A stretch of 64,000 nucleotides of DNA, taken from positions 160,001 through 224,000 of the forward strand of contig CAWJJC010000005.1 of assembly GCA_963843145.1 (NCBI GenBank), in the 5' to 3' direction. The position numbers and the translations under genes were made by a program. Shown in pieces: positions 39,043 through 48,479 of this stretch (its first letter is position 1; every line of letters starts with the position of its first letter). The notes under the pieces were generated by a model. The model saw only the letters and a list, made by a program, of their open reading frames with translations. It made no database searches and had not been told where the DNA came from. The DNA comes from an uncultured delta proteobacterium (lineage in GTDB: Bacteria > Desulfobacterota > RBG-13-43-22).

Positions 39043-39199
39043 AGGTTCCTCAACTTTTTTTAAAGCAGGCCCAAAACGGCTTGACTATTTTTGATTAGTA
39101 GTTGATTATTAGATATTTGACCTGATCCGGCTCTTGATGTTCAACCCTCCACCAAGAATATTTGAATTTTTGGTGGAGCTTCTCCGACGCAAAGGAAAT

Positions 39200-39298
39200 A
39201 TGATGACCTGGGACATTATCCCGCAACCTTCCACCCCCTCTCCCATCGGGCTAGAGGGGGTTTTTTTTAACCCCCAGGGGTTCCGCCATGCCTTTTAG
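39200..39298 (+). CDS. Putative pyrL-like leader peptide (32 aa)
   Basis: RBS AAAGGA; ATG 39200 to TAG 39298; spans the terminator hairpin and overlaps the pyrB start. Confidence 0.45.
   Translation: MMTWDIIPQPSTPSPIGLEGVFFNPQGFRHAF
39233..39268 (+). terminator. Attenuator terminator upstream of pyrB
   Basis: ACCCCCTCT-cccatcgggct-AGAGGGGGT followed by a run of 8 T. Confidence 0.75.
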
Positions 39299-40214
39299 TC
39301 GCCACCACTTAACCGGGATGAAAGGGTTAACCCGGGAAGAGATCGAGACCATTCTGACTACCGCCGAGTCTCTCAAGGAAATCTCCTTCCGGGACATAAA
39401 AAAAGTCCCTACGCTGAGAGGGAAAACGGTAGTCAATTTCTTCCATGAGCCCAGCACGCGTACGCGGACTTCCTTTGAAATCGCCGCCAAACGGCTAAGC
39501 GCTGATACGGTCAGCTTGTCCGCCGGAACCAGTTCCCTGGTCAAAGGCGAAACGCTGATTGATACGGCTAAAAACCTGGAAGCCATGGCCCCCGATGTCA
39601 TCGTGATTCGCCATTCCATGGCCGGTGCGCCGCACCTGCTCTCCCGCTCCGTCAAAGCTTCCATTATTAACGCCGGGGACGGGATGCATGAACACCCTAC
39701 CCAGGCCTTACTGGACCTGATGACCATCCGGGAAAAAAAAGGGACGCTCCAGGGTCTTCAGGTGGCGATTATCGGCGATATTGCCCACAGCCGGGTCGCT
39801 CGGTCCAATATCATCGGACTGAAGACCATGGGGGCCAATGTGATGGTCGCCGGCCCTCCGACCATGATCCCTCCCCACCTCGATGCCTTCGGGGTGGAAG
39901 TCAGTTTTCAACTTGAAGAAATCATTCCCCGAGCAGACGTGATCATGATGCTGCGGGTCCAGTTGGAAAGGCAACAGCAACTGCTATTCCCCTCCTTAAG
40001 GGAATATTCCCGTTTTTTCGGCCTCCATCCCGGAAACATGAAAAAGGCGAAAAAGGATGTCATCCTCATGCACCCCGGCCCGGTCAACCGGGGGGTGGAA
40101 CTTCATCCCGATTTGGCCGATGGACCGTTTTCGGTAATACTCGACCAGGTAACCAATGGGGTGGCTGTTCGGATGGCCATGCTCTACCTGCTTTTGGGAG
40201 GTGAGCGGAAGTGA
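39288..40214 (+). CDS. pyrB: Aspartate carbamoyltransferase catalytic subunit
   Basis: [37 protein letters not shown]. Confidence 0.97.
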   Translation: MPFSRHHLTGMKGLTREEIETILTTAESLKEISFRDIKKVPTLRGKTVVNFFHEPSTRTRTSFEIAAKRLSADTVSLSAGTSSLVKGETLIDTAKNLEAMAPDVIVIRHSMAGAPHLLSRSVKASIINAGDGMHEHPTQALLDLMTIREKKGTLQGLQVAIIGDIAHSRVARSNIIGLKTMGANVMVAGPPTMIPPHLDAFGVEVSFQLEEIIPRADVIMMLRVQLERQQQLLFPSLREYSRFFGLHPGNMKKAKKDVILMHPGPVNRGVELHPDLADGPFSVILDQVTNGVAVRMAMLYLLLGGERK

Positions 40215-41527
40215 AATATTTAATCAAGGGGGGGCGTCTCATCGATCCAGCCAATCAGATGGACGACCTCATAGATATCTACATTCATAACGGAAAAATT
40301 CAGGACCTGCTGCCCGCCGCCCCCAAAAGGACCGACAGAGAGCTGACCGATTACAGGATCATCCCGGCCGAGGGCCTGGTGGTGACTCCCGGCCTAATCG
40401 ATATGCATACCCATTTGCGGGAACCTGGCCAGGAATACAAAGAAACCATACTCACCGGCGCCCGGGCCGCCGTGGCGGGAGGCTTTGCCGCCGTGGCCTG
40501 CATGCCGAACACCCAGCCGGTAAATGACCAGCGTTCGGTTTGTGAATATATAGTCAGCAAGGCCAGAGAAGCCCGATTGGCTAAAATTTTTCCGGTAGGG
40601 GCCATCAGCATCGGTCTCCGCGGGGAGGCGCTGGCGGAGTATGGGGACCTCAAGGAAGGCGGAGCGGTGGCCCTTTCCGATGACGGCCGGCCGGTCATGA
40701 ACGGCCAGTTGATGCGGCGGGCCATGGAATACGCCAAAGCCTTCCGTCTGCCCATCATTTCCCATTGTGAAGACCTCCATTTAAGCCAATCCGGGGTTAT
40801 GAACGAAGGCCCGACCTCCACCTGGCTGGGGCTAAGGGGTATTCCGGCCGCGGCGGAGGAGACCATGGTCCAGCGGGACATCTTGCTTTGCCAGCTTACC
40901 GGCCATCCGTTGCATATTGCCCATGTAAGCACCGCCGGATCCGTTCAGTTCATTCGAGAAGCCAAAAAAAAGGGGTTGCCGGTTTCCGCAGAAACGGCCC
41001 CTCATTATTTCACTCTGACGGAAGAGACCTTAGTCGGTTTCGACACCCTGGCCAAGGTCAATCCCCCTTTGCGAAGCCGCGAGGATCTTCAGGCCATCCA
41101 AAAGGGATTAAAAGACGGGACCCTTGACGTCATCGCCTCCGACCACGCCCCTCACAGCTCGTTGGAGAAAGAGGTCGAATTTGAGCAGGCCTTAAGCGGC
41201 CTCGTCGGCCTGGAAACCGCCCTGCCCCTGACGCTGCAGTTGGTCCACAAGGGGCTCTTAACCCTGCCCCAGGCTATCGCCAAGTTCACCATCGGACCGG
41301 CTCGGGTATTGAATCTGGAAGGCTGGGGGCAGCTCCAGCGGAGTGGCCCCGCCCACTTGACGATATTGGATCCTACCTTGGAATTTCAGGTCGATGTCCA
41401 ACAATTCCGGTCAAAGAGCAGGAATTCCCCCTTCAACGGCTTTGAATTGAAGGGGAAGGCCCTTTTAACCATGGTAGACGGTCGAATCGTCCACAATCTG
41501 TTATTCCAAACCCTTGAGGGCTTATGA
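40211..41527 (+). CDS. pyrC: Dihydroorotase
   Basis: [33 protein letters not shown]. Confidence 0.95.
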   Translation: MKYLIKGGRLIDPANQMDDLIDIYIHNGKIQDLLPAAPKRTDRELTDYRIIPAEGLVVTPGLIDMHTHLREPGQEYKETILTGARAAVAGGFAAVACMPNTQPVNDQRSVCEYIVSKAREARLAKIFPVGAISIGLRGEALAEYGDLKEGGAVALSDDGRPVMNGQLMRRAMEYAKAFRLPIISHCEDLHLSQSGVMNEGPTSTWLGLRGIPAAAEETMVQRDILLCQLTGHPLHIAHVSTAGSVQFIREAKKKGLPVSAETAPHYFTLTEETLVGFDTLAKVNPPLRSREDLQAIQKGLKDGTLDVIASDHAPHSSLEKEVEFEQALSGLVGLETALPLTLQLVHKGLLTLPQAIAKFTIGPARVLNLEGWGQLQRSGPAHLTILDPTLEFQVDVQQFRSKSRNSPFNGFELKGKALLTMVDGRIVHNLLFQTLEGL

Positions 41528-42900
41528 AATCCATACTGGTTGTCGACGATGAGGCCAGCATCCGGGAAATGCTGGAGATCATGCTGGCCAAAGAGGGGTA
41601 CCAGGTTACCACGGCCGCCAGCGGAACCGAGGCCCTCCAAAGCTTCAAAAAATACCCCGCCGCGGTGGTCCTGACGGACATCCGGATGCGGCCCCTCGAC
41701 GGGTTGGCCCTGTTAAAAGAAATAAAGAACCTCCACCCCCGGACGGAAGTGATCATGATCTCCGCTTACGCCGATACGGAAACCGCTGTGGAGGCCATGA
41801 ACGAAGGGGCCTACGACTACTTCCCGAAACCCTTTGATATCGTCGAGCTGAAAACGGTTATCCATAGCGCCTTTTCCAAATATGAGGGGCAGCCCGAACA
41901 GCCGACACCGGCCGGGACGCCCCTTCAATACCAGACCAAGCCCCTGATCGGTCATAGTCCTCAGATAAAGCGGGTGTCCGAATTGATTCAGCGATCCTCC
42001 CAGGTAGTCAGCAACGTCCTGATCACCGGGGAAAGCGGCACCGGCAAGGAATTGGTAGCCCACTTGATCCACGAAAACAGCCAGCGCCGCGAATTTCCTT
42101 TTGTCACCGTTTCTTGCGCCGGGATCCCGGAAACCCTGATCGAAAGCGAACTTTTCGGTTATCGCAAAGGGGCTTTTACCGGCGCCCAGACCAACAAAAT
42201 CGGATTGGTGGAAACAGCCCACCGGGGTACCCTTTTCCTGGACGAAATCGGGGAACTTTCGCCCACCATGCAGGTGAAACTATTACGGCTCCTCCAGGAA
42301 AAAAGCTTCACTCCCCTGGGCGGAACCGATGAGCGCTTGGTGGATATCCGTTTTATTTTGGCCACCAATAGAAACCTGGAAAAGGAAGTTATGGAAGGAC
42401 GTTTTCGGGAAGATCTCTTTTACCGGATCAACGTGGTTTCCATCCAGCTCCCGTCGCTTCGGGAAAGACCGGAAGATATTCCCCTCCTGGCCCACCAGTT
42501 TCTGGAAAACTATTCCCGGTCCTTAGGTAAAAAGATCAATAAAATCTCCTCCTATGCCCTGAAAGTTTTAAGTCAGTATCCCTTCCCCGGAAACGTCCGG
42601 GAACTGGAGAATATTATCGAAAGGTCGGTGGCCATGGAACGTTCCACCATCGTCCTTCCGGAAAGCCTGGCCCTGGCCACCTTCAAAGGAGTGATCGCCT
42701 CCACCGGGGAACTCCCGCAGATCACCCTGCCGGGAGAAGGCCTGGATCTCGACCAAACCATGGATAAAATAGAAAAAAATCTAATTATCCAAGCCTTAAA
42801 GCGGGCACTGGGCAATAAGCAGCGGACCGCCAATCTATTGAAAATCAACCTTCGCTCGCTGCGCTATCGAATGATCAAACACGGATTGGAACAGGAATAA
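41524..42900 (+). CDS. Sigma54-dependent response regulator (PilR/NtrC-like)
   Basis: Receiver domain, GESGTGKE, GAFTGA, RFREDLFYR, FPGNVRELEN, LRSLRYR HTH. Confidence 0.9.
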   Translation: MKSILVVDDEASIREMLEIMLAKEGYQVTTAASGTEALQSFKKYPAAVVLTDIRMRPLDGLALLKEIKNLHPRTEVIMISAYADTETAVEAMNEGAYDYFPKPFDIVELKTVIHSAFSKYEGQPEQPTPAGTPLQYQTKPLIGHSPQIKRVSELIQRSSQVVSNVLITGESGTGKELVAHLIHENSQRREFPFVTVSCAGIPETLIESELFGYRKGAFTGAQTNKIGLVETAHRGTLFLDEIGELSPTMQVKLLRLLQEKSFTPLGGTDERLVDIRFILATNRNLEKEVMEGRFREDLFYRINVVSIQLPSLRERPEDIPLLAHQFLENYSRSLGKKINKISSYALKVLSQYPFPGNVRELENIIERSVAMERSTIVLPESLALATFKGVIASTGELPQITLPGEGLDLDQTMDKIEKNLIIQALKRALGNKQRTANLLKINLRSLRYRMIKHGLEQE

Positions 42901-42904
42901 ATAA

Positions 42905-42999
42905 GGGTTGCCCGGTGGTGATCCCCTATAAGGGGTATGGGCGACGGGTCTCGCCGGAAGGGCTTTTCAAAGATACTCCGGACTTCGAATCCTGGCCTA
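42905..42999. repeat. Degenerate partial copy of the MITE-like element
   Basis: ggtatgggcgacgggtctcg...agggcttttcaaagatactccggacttcgaatcctggccta matches 33330-33394. Confidence 0.6.
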
Positions 43000-43014
43000 T
43001 CTTACTAATATTAT

Positions 43015-43587
43015 ATGAAAATGGAATCATTCATCAAAAAATATAAGCGCTCGATTACTATCCTCCTCCTGGTCGGACTGGCTTTCGGACTGGGACTAAC
43101 CTGGCGCTGGCTGGAGGGGACCCCCCAATACGCCTTATATCGGATTGGGTCCAGTTTAAAAAACCGCGATTCTGAAACCTTTTTATCGTATATTGATCTG
43201 GATAGCATTCTTAAGCAGCAGGTGGCTGATTCTTTTTCCACCCTGTTCAAATCCTCCAATTCAGACAGCCCCCTGGGGAAGTTATTAGGGCCCCTGGGGG
43301 AGTTTAGTATCACCTTGATTCCCGGGGTCCAGAGCGGGTTGTCCGGCCTGGCTCGGCAGGAACTGGAAAAATATCTAAAAAACCCGAATAACCCCACCCT
43401 GCCCTCGGCTTTTTTGCTGCTTTCCGCAGCTCAATTCAATACCCGGGATGACCTCTCGTTAGTAACCTTGAAAAAGGAGGGTGATCAGCTTCGGATGGCC
43501 ATGCGCAAGACCGGCGGGACTTGGCGGGTGATTGAATTTAATCCCGAGGATACCCAGCGGTTGATCAGGAAGTATCTACTTCATTGA
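43015..43587 (+). CDS. Membrane-anchored hypothetical protein (DUF2939-like)
   Basis: N-terminal TM followed by TPQYALY...D...F..YIDLDS. Confidence 0.6.
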   Translation: MKMESFIKKYKRSITILLLVGLAFGLGLTWRWLEGTPQYALYRIGSSLKNRDSETFLSYIDLDSILKQQVADSFSTLFKSSNSDSPLGKLLGPLGEFSITLIPGVQSGLSGLARQELEKYLKNPNNPTLPSAFLLLSAAQFNTRDDLSLVTLKKEGDQLRMAMRKTGGTWRVIEFNPEDTQRLIRKYLLH

Positions 43588-43636
43588 GTCCGAACTTAAA
43601 GCCGGCCCTTACTCCTTCATAACCCTCTATTCTAAG

Positions 43637-44356
43637 ATGCGACCTCTTGCCGAATATATAGAGAATCCTCAGGCGATCATTGCTTTTCTGGAAAAATTAC
43701 GTAAATCCATCATCCAGATGGCGGTCGTCGTCCTGGGCTTCTCTCTGATCGGGTACGTGTTTTCTAAGGAAATCCTGTCCTTTCTCCAGCGGCACACCGG
43801 GGTGACCCTGGCTTACTATGCCCTGTCCGAGACTTTTTTCGCACTTTTGAGTATCGCCCTGGCCGTCAGCCTGGCGGTCAGCACGCCCTTTATTCTCTTT
43901 AAGGTCTTGTCCGCCCTGCACGCCACCTTCGAGAATTTCACCAGGACCATGATGTTCAGCTTCTGGCTGGGCTCGGTTTTATTATTTTACCTGGGCGCAT
44001 CTTTTTGCCTTTGGATTACCTTGCCCTACGGGACTAAATTTCTCTTGGGTTTTCAAAACCAGAACCTGGAAGCCATCATCTCGGTTCGAAAATTTATCTC
44101 TTTCTGTCTCACTTTTATCTTCGGCTTCGGAGTCATGTTTGAGTTGCCCTTGGTCATGATCCTCTTGGGCCGAGTCGGACTAGTCAAACGGTCGGTCTTT
44201 ACCCGCTACCGAAGCTATGCCGTCCTAATCATCGCCATCATTTCGGCCGTTTTAACCCCCACGCCGGATGCCTTCAACATGATGCTGATGGCCGTCCCTT
44301 TGTATATCCTTTTTGAAATCGGGATTATCGGCATGAGGATCTGGGAGAGAAGTTGA
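43637..44356 (+). CDS. tatC: Twin-arginine translocase subunit TatC
   Basis: Polytopic membrane protein; FGVMFELP, SAVLTPTPD, PLYILFEIG. Confidence 0.9.
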   Translation: MRPLAEYIENPQAIIAFLEKLRKSIIQMAVVVLGFSLIGYVFSKEILSFLQRHTGVTLAYYALSETFFALLSIALAVSLAVSTPFILFKVLSALHATFENFTRTMMFSFWLGSVLLFYLGASFCLWITLPYGTKFLLGFQNQNLEAIISVRKFISFCLTFIFGFGVMFELPLVMILLGRVGLVKRSVFTRYRSYAVLIIAIISAVLTPTPDAFNMMLMAVPLYILFEIGIIGMRIWERS

Positions 44357-44390
44357 CAGGCAGGCCGGCAATATGGTAAACAATCAATAT

Positions 44391-44478
44391 GGAGGGATGG
44401 CCGAGGGGTTTAAGGCGGCGGTCTTGAAAACCGCTTTCCTTCCGGGGAACGGGGGTTCGAATCCCTCTCCCTCCGCCA
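44391..44478 (+). tRNA. tRNA-Ser (anticodon UGA)
   Basis: GGAGGGA acceptor stem, GCGGT-CTTGAAA-ACCGC anticodon arm, long variable arm, GTTCGAATC, 3' GCCA. Confidence 0.95.
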
Positions 44479-44682
44479 TTCGCGCCGGTATCACCCCCCC
44501 CTTCATGCCCAGGGCGGGCACCCGCGAAGCATGAGAATAAGGGGAAGGGGAGTCTTTGGCTTAAGCCTTAACTTAACAATTAGTCATTAACAATTGATTA
44601 TTGACCGGTTTTTTTTCAAAGGCAGTCTCTACATCGGGCCTAATAATTAACAATCAATTGTTAATTATCAACTATTAATAAT

Positions 44683-44775
44683 GGAGAGATGACCGAGTCG
44701 GCTGAAGGTGCTCGCCTGCTAAGCGAGTGTAGGGGGAAACCTCTACCGAGGGTTCGAATCCCTCTCTCTCCGCCA
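44683..44775 (+). tRNA. tRNA-Ser (anticodon GCU)
   Basis: GGAGAGA acceptor stem, CTCGC-CTGCTAA-GCGAG anticodon arm, long variable arm, GTTCGAATC, 3' GCCA. Confidence 0.96.
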
Positions 44776-44787
44776 TCCTTAACTTCC

Positions 44788-44901
44788 AACGATCGACACT
44801 AGGCAATCCACCGCAGACCAAGGAACTATTCTGGCAGCTCTGGCTGAGTCCTGACGGAATCGCGAGGGGTCCGTCAGGACGGACGGTTGATCGTTTTTTT
44901 T
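44788..44901 (+). ncRNA. Candidate structured RNA or compound terminator
   Basis: Closing stem AACGATCGAC/GTTGATCGTT, 11-bp hairpin GTCCTGACGGA/TCCGTCAGGAC, T tail. Confidence 0.3.
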
Positions 44902-45595
44902 ACTTGAGGCTTTTTACTTTTTCCCGGCAGGCTTGCAGGTAAGATTGCAGCTTAGGTGGGTGGGGAGTCTGGGGATATTTATTAATAATACCCTCGAAAC
45001 GTCCCAAGGCGGCCCGATAATCACCCTTTTTCAGGTAGAATTCCCCTATATAAAATTCATGGGCCACAATATTCTTTTGGGCCTCTTCCCGGTTAATCTT
45101 GGCCTGGGTGACATATTCACTTTGCGCATGGTTTTTGATGAAGCGGTCAAACTCCTGAACGGCTAATAGGGCCTTCGATTGGTCCCGGTCAATAGTGGGC
45201 ATCTGTTTAAAATAGCTCATGCCCTGCATGAAGACCACATAGGCGATCACCTCATTGGTGGGATGCATCCTTTCAAATTCCTTGTAACTGGTGGCCGCTA
45301 ACTCGTAGTCCTTGTTGAGATAGTAGCTGTCCGCCAATTTCAATTCGGAGAGAACGGCGTATTGACTATAGGGAAACCGGTCTTTTATTTTTTGAAAGGC
45401 TTCGGTCGCCCGCTCGTATTTTTTCAACTGATAGGCATCCAGCCCTTCTTGGATCAAGGCATCCGCGCTCTGCTCGGTATCCTCCTTGGTGGAACTGGAA
45501 AACCAGCCGCACCCTCCGGCCGACAAAAGATAAAAACCAACCGCCAGTAAAATGAATCCGCGCCTTCCGCCAAAATAAAAAAGATTCTTTTTCAT
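44900..45595 (-). CDS. bamD: Outer membrane protein assembly factor BamD
   Basis: Lipobox AGGC, FPYSQYA, IDRDQS, HEFYIGEFY, AALGRF. Confidence 0.9.
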   Translation of the reverse strand: MKKNLFYFGGRRGFILLAVGFYLLSAGGCGWFSSSTKEDTEQSADALIQEGLDAYQLKKYERATEAFQKIKDRFPYSQYAVLSELKLADSYYLNKDYELAATSYKEFERMHPTNEVIAYVVFMQGMSYFKQMPTIDRDQSKALLAVQEFDRFIKNHAQSEYVTQAKINREEAQKNIVAHEFYIGEFYLKKGDYRAALGRFEGIINKYPQTPHPPKLQSYLQACREKVKSLK

Positions 45596-46515
45596 AAGGA
45601 ACTCAGATAGTTTTCAACTGCCAGAACCGCCGTGGCCGCATCGCCTACCGCCGTGGAAATCTGCCGAACTAATTTTTGACGCGCATCCCCGGCGGCAAAC
45701 ACCCCGGGAATGGACGTGGCCATAGTCTGATCGGTTGGAATAAACCCTTGGGAATCCAAAGAGACCGCCCCCCGCAACCAGTGGGTATTCGGTTGAATCC
45801 CCACATAAATGAACGTCCCCTGTACCTTCAGAGTTCGTCCGCCGGAACCATCCGCATTCTTGATACGCAGGGCCTCCACCTGATCCACCCCTTCGATCGA
45901 TTCCACCACGTTTTTCCAGATAGGTTCAATCTTAGGATTGGTCAGGGCCTTTTCCTGCAAGACCCGGATGGCCCGCAGTTGGTCGCGCCGATGAATCAAA
46001 TAGACCTTGGTGGCGAAGCGAGTCAAATAGGCGGCTTCCTGAACGGCGCTATCGCCTCCGCCGACTACGGCGATTTCCTGGCCCTGATAAAAAGGCCCGT
46101 CACAGGTGGCACAATAGGAAACCCCCCGGCCGGTCAGCCGCTCCTCCCCGGGGACCCCCAACTTCTTGTACTTGGCCCCGGAGGCAACAATAACGGACTG
46201 GGCCTGATAGGTTTGATTGGCCCCTTGAATGATTTTTTCCGGACGGCTGAAATCGACCCCGGTGACTTCATCGGAAACGATCGAGAGGCCGAAACGTTCA
46301 GCCTGTTGCCGCATGCGGTCCACCAAGTCAAAACCGGAAATGCCATCCGGGAAACCGGGGTAATTATCCACCCAATCGGTGGACAAAACCTGCCCGCCGG
46401 GGACCAGTTTCTCGATCATCAAGGTTTTTAACTTGGCCCGACAGGCATAGAGACCGGCGGTCATCCCTGCGGGTCCTCCACCAATAATAATAACCTCGTG
46501 CATCGAAATCCCCAA
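45592..46515 (-). CDS. trxB: Thioredoxin-disulfide reductase
   Basis: GGGPAG, NYPGF, SYCATCDG, GGGDSA, HRRD, FAAGD. Confidence 0.96.
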   Translation of the reverse strand: MGISMHEVIIIGGGPAGMTAGLYACRAKLKTLMIEKLVPGGQVLSTDWVDNYPGFPDGISGFDLVDRMRQQAERFGLSIVSDEVTGVDFSRPEKIIQGANQTYQAQSVIVASGAKYKKLGVPGEERLTGRGVSYCATCDGPFYQGQEIAVVGGGDSAVQEAAYLTRFATKVYLIHRRDQLRAIRVLQEKALTNPKIEPIWKNVVESIEGVDQVEALRIKNADGSGGRTLKVQGTFIYVGIQPNTHWLRGAVSLDSQGFIPTDQTMATSIPGVFAAGDARQKLVRQISTAVGDAATAVLAVENYLSSL

Positions 46516-46561
46516 CCCGGTTAAATTAAAATAGATAAGCAGCTAAACGCCCGGTCAGGGG

Positions 46562-46891
46562 CTACAAAACTTTCTTTATGGCGGTCTCCAAGGTCGTTTT
46601 GGATACCGCTCCGGTAATCTGCTCGGCCACGGTACCGTTTTTGAACAGGATCAGCGTGGGGATGGCCCGGATACCGTATTGACCCGGTATTTTCGGATTT
46701 TCATCCACATTGCATTTCCCGATCTTAATCTGGCCTTCATATTGGCCGGCCAGTTCCTCGACCACCGGCGCAATGGCGCGGCAAGGACCGCACCAAGCCG
46801 CCCAGAAATCCACCAAAGCCGGAACGGCGGCATCTAATATTTCGATTTTGAAATTTTCATCGGTCACATCGGTAATATTTTTATCGGCCAT
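46562..46891 (-). CDS. trxA: Thioredoxin
   Basis: WCGPC active site, IPTL. Confidence 0.97.
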   Translation of the reverse strand: MADKNITDVTDENFKIEILDAAVPALVDFWAAWCGPCRAIAPVVEELAGQYEGQIKIGKCNVDENPKIPGQYGIRAIPTLILFKNGTVAEQITGAVSKTTLETAIKKVL

Positions 46892-47075
46892 ACGATCTCC
46901 CTCCTTGCCTTTCTGAATTATTTGGACGGTTCAGTTGGCGGGCACCAACTGAACCGTCCAAATAATTTAGAAATTTTAATCCCCTTTCCTTTATTTGTCA
47001 ATAGTCCCCTTTTTTCTCTCGAAGAGAATTCGATCCGGGGTATTCCGCGGAATTATGGGGATTTGACAATTCTTG

Positions 47076-47103
47076 TTGACAAATCTAAAAAATATAATAT
47101 ACT
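47076..47103 (+). promoter_or_regulatory. Sigma70-type promoter of purM
   Basis: TTGACA-16 bp-TATACT in an AT-rich intergenic region. Confidence 0.45.
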
Positions 47104-47147
47104 TATTTGTTTACGTATCTTAAATTCTTTTAAAAGCGTCAAAGAAA

Positions 47148-48185
47148 ATGACCAATCGTTACCAGGAAGCCGGGGTGGATATCACCCGGGGGAACGCCTT
47201 TGTGGACCGGATTAAGCCCCTGATCCGTAAAACCTTCACCCCGGGGGTGATTACCGACATCGGCGGTTTCGGGGGACTGTTTCGATTGGAGACCTCGGCT
47301 TTTCAAAGGCCGGTACTGGTATCTTCAACCGATGGCGTGGGCACCAAACTAAAGATCGCCCAAGGGCTCAATCAGCATCAGACCATAGGCCTTGACCTGG
47401 TAGCCATGTGCGTGAATGATATCATCGTCCAGGGGGCGACCCCTCTTTTTTTCCTGGACTACCTGGCCACGGGAACAATGGATTTGGACACGCTCACGGC
47501 CGTTGTCGAGGGCATTGTCGAGGGTTGTCGCCAGGCGGAATGCGCCTTGATCGGAGGAGAAACGGCGGAGATGCCCGGACTCTACGCGCCGGAGGAATAC
47601 GATTTAGCCGGATTTGTGGTGGGTATTGTGGACCAGGATCGACTGATCGACGGGAGTCGAATACAGCCTGGGAACCGACTGATCGGACTGGCCTCCAACG
47701 GACTGCATAGCAATGGTTTTTCCCTGGTCCGGAAAGTTTTTTTCACGGATCAGCAGTTCGATCCCCAACAGGTTCTGCCGGAATTAGGCCTCCCCTTGGG
47801 CGAAGAACTGCTGAAGCCCACCCGGATATACGTCAAGTCTATCGTCTCGCTGCTAAAAAAATATCCCCTCAACGGTTTGGCCCACATTACCGGGGGCGGA
47901 ATCATAGAAAATTTGCCCCGAATCTTGCCCGATCACTGCCAGGCCCGGATTCAGGGCGACAGTTGGGACATCCCTCCCATTTTTCCCCTGCTGAAAAAAC
48001 TGGGGGCGGTCTCGGAGGAAGAGATGTGGCGGGTTTTTAACAACGGACTGGGGATGATCTTAGTCGTTTCGGCTGAACAGACCCTTTCGATCCAAGAGGA
48101 ATTGTTCCGACTGGGGGAAAAGACTTTCCTGATCGGTGAAATCATTGCCCGGCCCGAATCGGGACCGGCGGTTCTAATTGATTAA
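47148..48185 (+). CDS. purM: Phosphoribosylformylglycinamidine cyclo-ligase
   Basis: STDGVGTK, AMCVND, GGETAEMP, HSNGFSL, HITGGG. Confidence 0.97.
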   Translation: MTNRYQEAGVDITRGNAFVDRIKPLIRKTFTPGVITDIGGFGGLFRLETSAFQRPVLVSSTDGVGTKLKIAQGLNQHQTIGLDLVAMCVNDIIVQGATPLFFLDYLATGTMDLDTLTAVVEGIVEGCRQAECALIGGETAEMPGLYAPEEYDLAGFVVGIVDQDRLIDGSRIQPGNRLIGLASNGLHSNGFSLVRKVFFTDQQFDPQQVLPELGLPLGEELLKPTRIYVKSIVSLLKKYPLNGLAHITGGGIIENLPRILPDHCQARIQGDSWDIPPIFPLLKKLGAVSEEEMWRVFNNGLGMILVVSAEQTLSIQEELFRLGEKTFLIGEIIARPESGPAVLID

Positions 48186-48209
48186 TTTTTTCAAAAAAGG
48201 AGTTATCCA

Positions 48210-48401
48210 ATGGCCAAAGTTTGTGCGGTATGCGGTAAAGGATCACAGATCGGGCATAATGTCAGCCATGCCAATAATAAAACCTTCAAACTCTGGAGTC
48301 CGAACCTGCAGCGGATTAAGACGGTCTATCAGGGTACGGTCAGGCGGATCCAGGTCTGTACCCGCTGCCTCCGGTCAGGCAGGGTAATTCGGGCCTCGTA
48401 A
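48210..48401 (+). CDS. rpmB: 50S ribosomal protein L28 (zinc-ribbon form)
   Basis: [17 protein letters not shown]...PNLQ...CTRCLRSG; RBS AAGGAG. Confidence 0.95.
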   Translation: MAKVCAVCGKGSQIGHNVSHANNKTFKLWSPNLQRIKTVYQGTVRRIQVCTRCLRSGRVIRAS

Positions 48402-48479
48402 CCCTAGCCAAAAATATTTGAAATATTTTTGGCTATAATAAAAACCACTGCCACAGATTTAAAGATAGCCAACCCCGGA

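Noticed and set aside
44391-44775. tRNA-anchored genomic island or prophage
   Set aside because: No integrase and no duplicated tRNA 3' end were seen; the flanks are housekeeping genes.
44838-44886. Hammerhead ribozyme or SRP RNA
   Set aside because: CTGGCTGAGTCC...GGACGGAC resembles but breaks the CUGANGA/GAAA core, and there is no CAGG-GNRA-AGCAG SRP helix.
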